Shown here: piece by piece, positions 29,546 through 32,000 of the stretch
Layout of the letters: each line of letters opens with the position of its first letter
Numbering within the stretch: position 1 is the first letter of the stretch
Source of the DNA: an uncultured Solirubrobacterales bacterium
Lineage (GTDB): Bacteria; Actinomycetota; Thermoleophilia; Solirubrobacterales; Solirubrobacteraceae
DNA: 32,000 nt
Reading direction: 5' to 3'
Assembly (NCBI GenBank): GCA_963710725.1
Contig: CAVQBJ010000008.1
Location: 1 to 32,000, forward strand
Translations under genes and position numbers: made by a program
The notes under the pieces: generated by a model
Told to the model about the DNA's origin: nothing
Seen by the model: the letters and a program-made list of their open reading frames with translations, nothing else
Database searches by the model: none

Positions 29546-30802
29546 TCAGCCGGCGCGGAGGACGATCTGCGTTGCGAGCAGGACCGCGATCAGCGCCAGG
29601 AGCCCCATCAGGAGGATCGGCAGCGGCTGTCTGAGGTCCCGCGCGGGACGGTAGAGGCGACTCACGCCCTTTGCGTCGACGAGGATGTCGCCGATCCGCA
29701 GGCGGGTCAGGAAGGTCGACGACATCCCGCCGCGGTGGCGATCGAGGAACTCCACGAGGTTGAACTGCGAGCCGACCGAGATGATCAGCGACGCCCCCTC
29801 CTCGGCGGCGATCAGCATCGCCACATCCTGGCTCGTCCCCGGCGCCGGGACGAGCAGGTATGGGAGCCCGAGCGACTCGACGTGGTGGCGGCCCGGCGCC
29901 CGGCCGTCGGGGTAGGAGTGCACGACCAGCTCGGCGCCGCTGCGCAGCGCGCCCGGCCCCGCGGAGTCCATGTCGCCGACGATCATGTCCGGCACCAGGC
30001 CGGCCTCCAGCAGTGCGTCGGCGCCGCCGTCCACGGCGATCAGCAGGGGGTGCAGGTCGCGGATGTAGGGCCGCAGGGCGCGGAGGTCACGCTGGTGGTC
30101 GACGCCACGCGCGACGATGAGCGCGTGCCGGTCGCGGAAGTCGGTACGAAAGCGCGGCAGCTCGATCTTGCCGGCGAGCAGCTCGCGCTCCTCGCGCATG
30201 TGCGTGATCGTGTTCTCGACGAAGCGTTCGAGCGCCTCCCCGATCTCGAGCTTGCGCTGCTCGGTGTCGGCCCGCACGCGGGCGCGATCGAGTGCGACCC
30301 CGCGGGACAGCAGCTCCTCGCCGCGATACACGTCACCGCCGCGCACGGTGAGGCCGGCGCCGTCATCGACGAGCGAGAACAGTCGGTCGTCGTCGAGGTC
30401 GACGAGCTGGACGCCGGCGTCGGTGAGCAGCTGCGGACCGAGGTTCGGGTAGGTGCCGCTCGACGACGGCGCGCAGTTGAGGACCGCCACGACGCCGGCG
30501 GCGATGAGCTCCTCGGCCGACACCCGGTCGAGATCGCGATGGTCAAGAATCGCGATCTCCCCGCGACGCAGGTGGCGGGTGAGCACCTTCGTCCGCCGGC
30601 CGCTGCGCGCCGGACCGCTGACGACACGGCTGAGGGTGGCTGGGCGGGCCGGCGGTGTGGCTGCCGGCCCGGCGCTCGAGAGCGACGCGTCCTCCGGTGC
30701 CGCCGTCGCCGCCACGGGGCCGGAGAGCGGTTCGTCGAGGGCGACGGAGGGCGAGGTGCGATCGTACGCTCGTGTGCCGTGCGTGCGAGGCGTCACCGCC
30801 AT
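29546..30802 (-). CDS. steA: SteA-like putative cytokinetic ring protein (Rv1697 family)
   Basis: 418 aa. RRTKVLTRHLRRGEIAILDHRDLDRVSAEEL and the thiamine-pyrophosphokinase-like core IAVDGGADALLEAGLVPDMIVGDMDS, with a C-terminal TM helix. It sits between recN and pyrG, as in other Actinomycetota. Confidence 0.75.
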   Translation of the reverse strand: MAVTPRTHGTRAYDRTSPSVALDEPLSGPVAATAAPEDASLSSAGPAATPPARPATLSRVVSGPARSGRRTKVLTRHLRRGEIAILDHRDLDRVSAEELIAAGVVAVLNCAPSSSGTYPNLGPQLLTDAGVQLVDLDDDRLFSLVDDGAGLTVRGGDVYRGEELLSRGVALDRARVRADTEQRKLEIGEALERFVENTITHMREERELLAGKIELPRFRTDFRDRHALIVARGVDHQRDLRALRPYIRDLHPLLIAVDGGADALLEAGLVPDMIVGDMDSAGPGALRSGAELVVHSYPDGRAPGRHHVESLGLPYLLVPAPGTSQDVAMLIAAEEGASLIISVGSQFNLVEFLDRHRGGMSSTFLTRLRIGDILVDAKGVSRLYRPARDLRQPLPILLMGLLALIAVLLATQIVLRAG

Positions 30803-30858
30803 GCGGCGAGACTACCCTTCGGCTCCGGCACCGCCGTTAGCCCTCCGCGCAGCTTCGG

Positions 30859-32000
30859 TTAAGCCGCACGGCGCAGTTCGCGCGCGTGGCGGCGGGCGGC
30901 GGCATCGTCCTCGCCGGCGCCGAGCATGCGCACGAGCTCCGGCACGACCTCGTTCTCGGCGAGCTCGAGCACGACGGTGCGAGTGGGCACGACGCTGGTG
31001 TCCTTCGAGACCGAGAAGTGCCGCGCGCCCAGCGAGGCGATCTGCGGGAGATGGGTGATACAGAGCACCTGGTGGGCCTCACCGAGCGCGCGCAACTGCT
31101 CGCCGACGGCGCGGGCGGTGTGGCCACCGATGCCGGCGTCGACCTCGTCGAACACGAGCGTGGCCTCGTTACCGGCGTTGGCCACGCTCATCAGCGCGAG
31201 CATGACGCGCGACAACTCACCACCGGAGGCGATCTCGCGCAGCGGGCCGGCGGGGACACCCGGGTTGGGGGCGAGCACGAACTCGACGCTGTCGCCGCCC
31301 TGCGGGCCGGGCGGGCCGTCGGCGAGCTCGATCGTGAACGTCGCCTCGCTCATGGCGAGCTCGGACAGACGCTCGCGGACCGCCGCCGCGAGCGGCTTCG
31401 CGGCGCCGCGGCGGGCACGCCGGAGCGCCGCCACGCTCGCATCGAGCTCGCCGCGCGCCGTCTGCAGACGGGCGAGCGTCGTCTCCCGCGCCACCTCGGC
31501 CCCGAGCAGCTCGTCCCGCCGCGCGCGGCAGCGCTCGCCGTGCTCGAGCACCGCGGCGATCGTGCCGCCGTGCTTGCGCATCAGGCGGTCGAGGACGGAG
31601 AGCCGCTCTTCGACGGCCTCCAGGCCACCGGGCTCCGCTTCGAGCGTCTCGGCATACGCGAGCAGCTCACTGCGGACGTCCTGCGCCTCGAGCGCGAGCG
31701 CGCGCAGGCGATCGGTCAGGCCATCGAGCGCCGCGTCGGCGCCGGCGCAGGCCGCGAGGGCGTCCTCGCCGCGCGCGAGCAGGTCGGTGGCGCCGGGCGC
31801 CTCGCCCCCGTCGCCGCTCAACACGTCGACCGCCGTGCCCGAGGCCGCGCGCAGCGCGTCGAGGTGGCGCAGCCGCTCGCGCCTGGTCAGCAGCTCGGCG
31901 TGCTCGGCCTCGTCGGGCGCCGCTCCTTCGATCTCCTGCAACTCGTAATCGAGCAGGTCGAGCTCGCGCGCCCGCGCCGCGTCGAGCTCGTCGAGCTCGG
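30859..32000 (-). CDS. recN: DNA repair protein RecN (C-terminal about 380 codons; 5' end beyond right edge)
   Basis: The frame stays open to base 32000 (the track's start is an internal TTG). A coiled-coil region is followed by the signature and Walker B region LVFDEVDAGIGGHTARAVGEQL...VLCITHLPQIA. Confidence 0.9.
   Translation of the reverse strand, partial: ELDELDAARARELDLLDYELQEIEGAAPDEAEHAELLTRRERLRHLDALRAASGTAVDVLSGDGGEAPGATDLLARGEDALAACAGADAALDGLTDRLRALALEAQDVRSELLAYAETLEAEPGGLEAVEERLSVLDRLMRKHGGTIAAVLEHGERCRARRDELLGAEVARETTLARLQTARGELDASVAALRRARRGAAKPLAAAVRERLSELAMSEATFTIELADGPPGPQGGDSVEFVLAPNPGVPAGPLREIASGGELSRVMLALMSVANAGNEATLVFDEVDAGIGGHTARAVGEQLRALGEAHQVLCITHLPQIASLGARHFSVSKDTSVVPTRTVVLELAENEVVPELVRMLGAGEDDAAARRHARELRRAA

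Overview
High-GC, Actinomycetota-like chromosomal window; all family assignments come from reading the translations, with no database search. From 12.9 to 32 kb a conserved, mostly minus-strand housekeeping backbone runs recN (partial), steA, a PNPT-like membrane protein, pyrG, an M20 peptidase, DUF3866, NUDIX, xerD, deoB and fpg. It continues with glutaredoxin (+), then recO, ppdK, a small PRC-like protein, dgt, dnaG, an HTH/HNH protein and tRNA-Asn. From 9.8 to 13.0 kb a plus-strand trio encodes an SDR, an F420-type LLM oxidoreductase and a GT1 glycosyltransferase. The left 9.5 kb is accessory. An intact tRNA-Met(CAT) lies at 9403-9475, and two 43-nt copies of its 3' end (1194-1236, 3169-3211) delimit two tandem islets with no integrase. 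Islet 1 carries a DUF6883/DUF4926 two-gene module and an orphan 314-aa protein. Islet 2 carries a membrane protein coupled to an alpha/beta-hydrolase paralog that has lost its catalytic triad, an 870-aa AAA+/LuxR (LAL) regulator, and the intact hydrolase paralog. Both hydrolase units are preceded by the same palindromic box, CGTAG-N4-CTACGCAGGAC. Other points of interest: a 31-codon hydrophobic ORF next to the tRNA, an HTH/HNH gene wedged between dnaG and tRNA-Asn, and a five-gene chain joined by 4-nt start/stop overlaps that embeds the uncharacterised DUF3866. No CRISPR array, rRNA or transposase was seen. Most long ORFs in the track are high-GC shadow frames.
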